DNA from: Callorhinchus milii
Lineage: Eukaryota
Reading direction: 5' to 3'
DNA length: 64,000 nucleotides
Assembly: GCF_018977255.1 (NCBI RefSeq)
Contig: NW_024704742.1
Coordinates: forward strand, 72,480,001-72,544,000
Under the pieces are notes generated by a model, which did not search any database, was not told the origin of the DNA, and saw nothing but the letters and a program-made list of their open reading frames with translations. The position numbers were made by a program, and so were the translations under genes. Below, one piece after another: positions 63,837 through 64,000 of this stretch (the first letter of the stretch is position 1; each line of letters starts with the position of its first letter).

Positions 63837-64000
63837 ATGGCCGGTTTATCCGATTTACCAGTTGGGCAGAACTAATATTTATCTTGTCGAATATGTTTTT
63901 NAAAATAAAATACATCATATAAAACAATTTTAAATTGTTTCGTTATCTACTTATTAGAAGCAGACATTTTCTGTACAGAAGGCATGCAGCTTTGTTTGAA

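Overview
This is vertebrate genomic DNA, about 42% GC by eye and rich in repeats. The repeat set (CR1 with (ATTCTATG)n tails, L2, Deu-domain SINEs, tRNA-Ala SINEs, a palindromic element typical of sharks) suggests a cartilaginous fish, possibly a chimaera; this is inference. The main gene is the 3' half of calcineurin A alpha (PPP3CA-like) on the minus strand. It has six clean GT-AG coding exons (equivalent to human exons 9-14, 53094 to 27823) and a ~1.45 kb 3'UTR ending at an AATAAA at 26373-26378. I did not find the upstream exons in the window. A single frameshifted olfactory-receptor-like GPCR pseudogene (+, 11105-12019) lies tail-to-tail with it. The rest is transposon debris: L2, CR1, two SINE families, Tigger/pogo-type MITEs, a decayed hAT transposase and a 980-bp solo LTR with a 4-bp TSD. 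The best leads are a candidate 27-nt frame-preserving microexon just before the calmodulin-binding exon, the orphan OR pseudogene, the solo LTR, the 3'UTR miRNA seed sites, and paralog-mosaic features of the calcineurin regulatory domain. Repeat boundaries are approximate. Comparisons to human proteins and repeat families come from memory, not from a search. I found no clearly new biological system.
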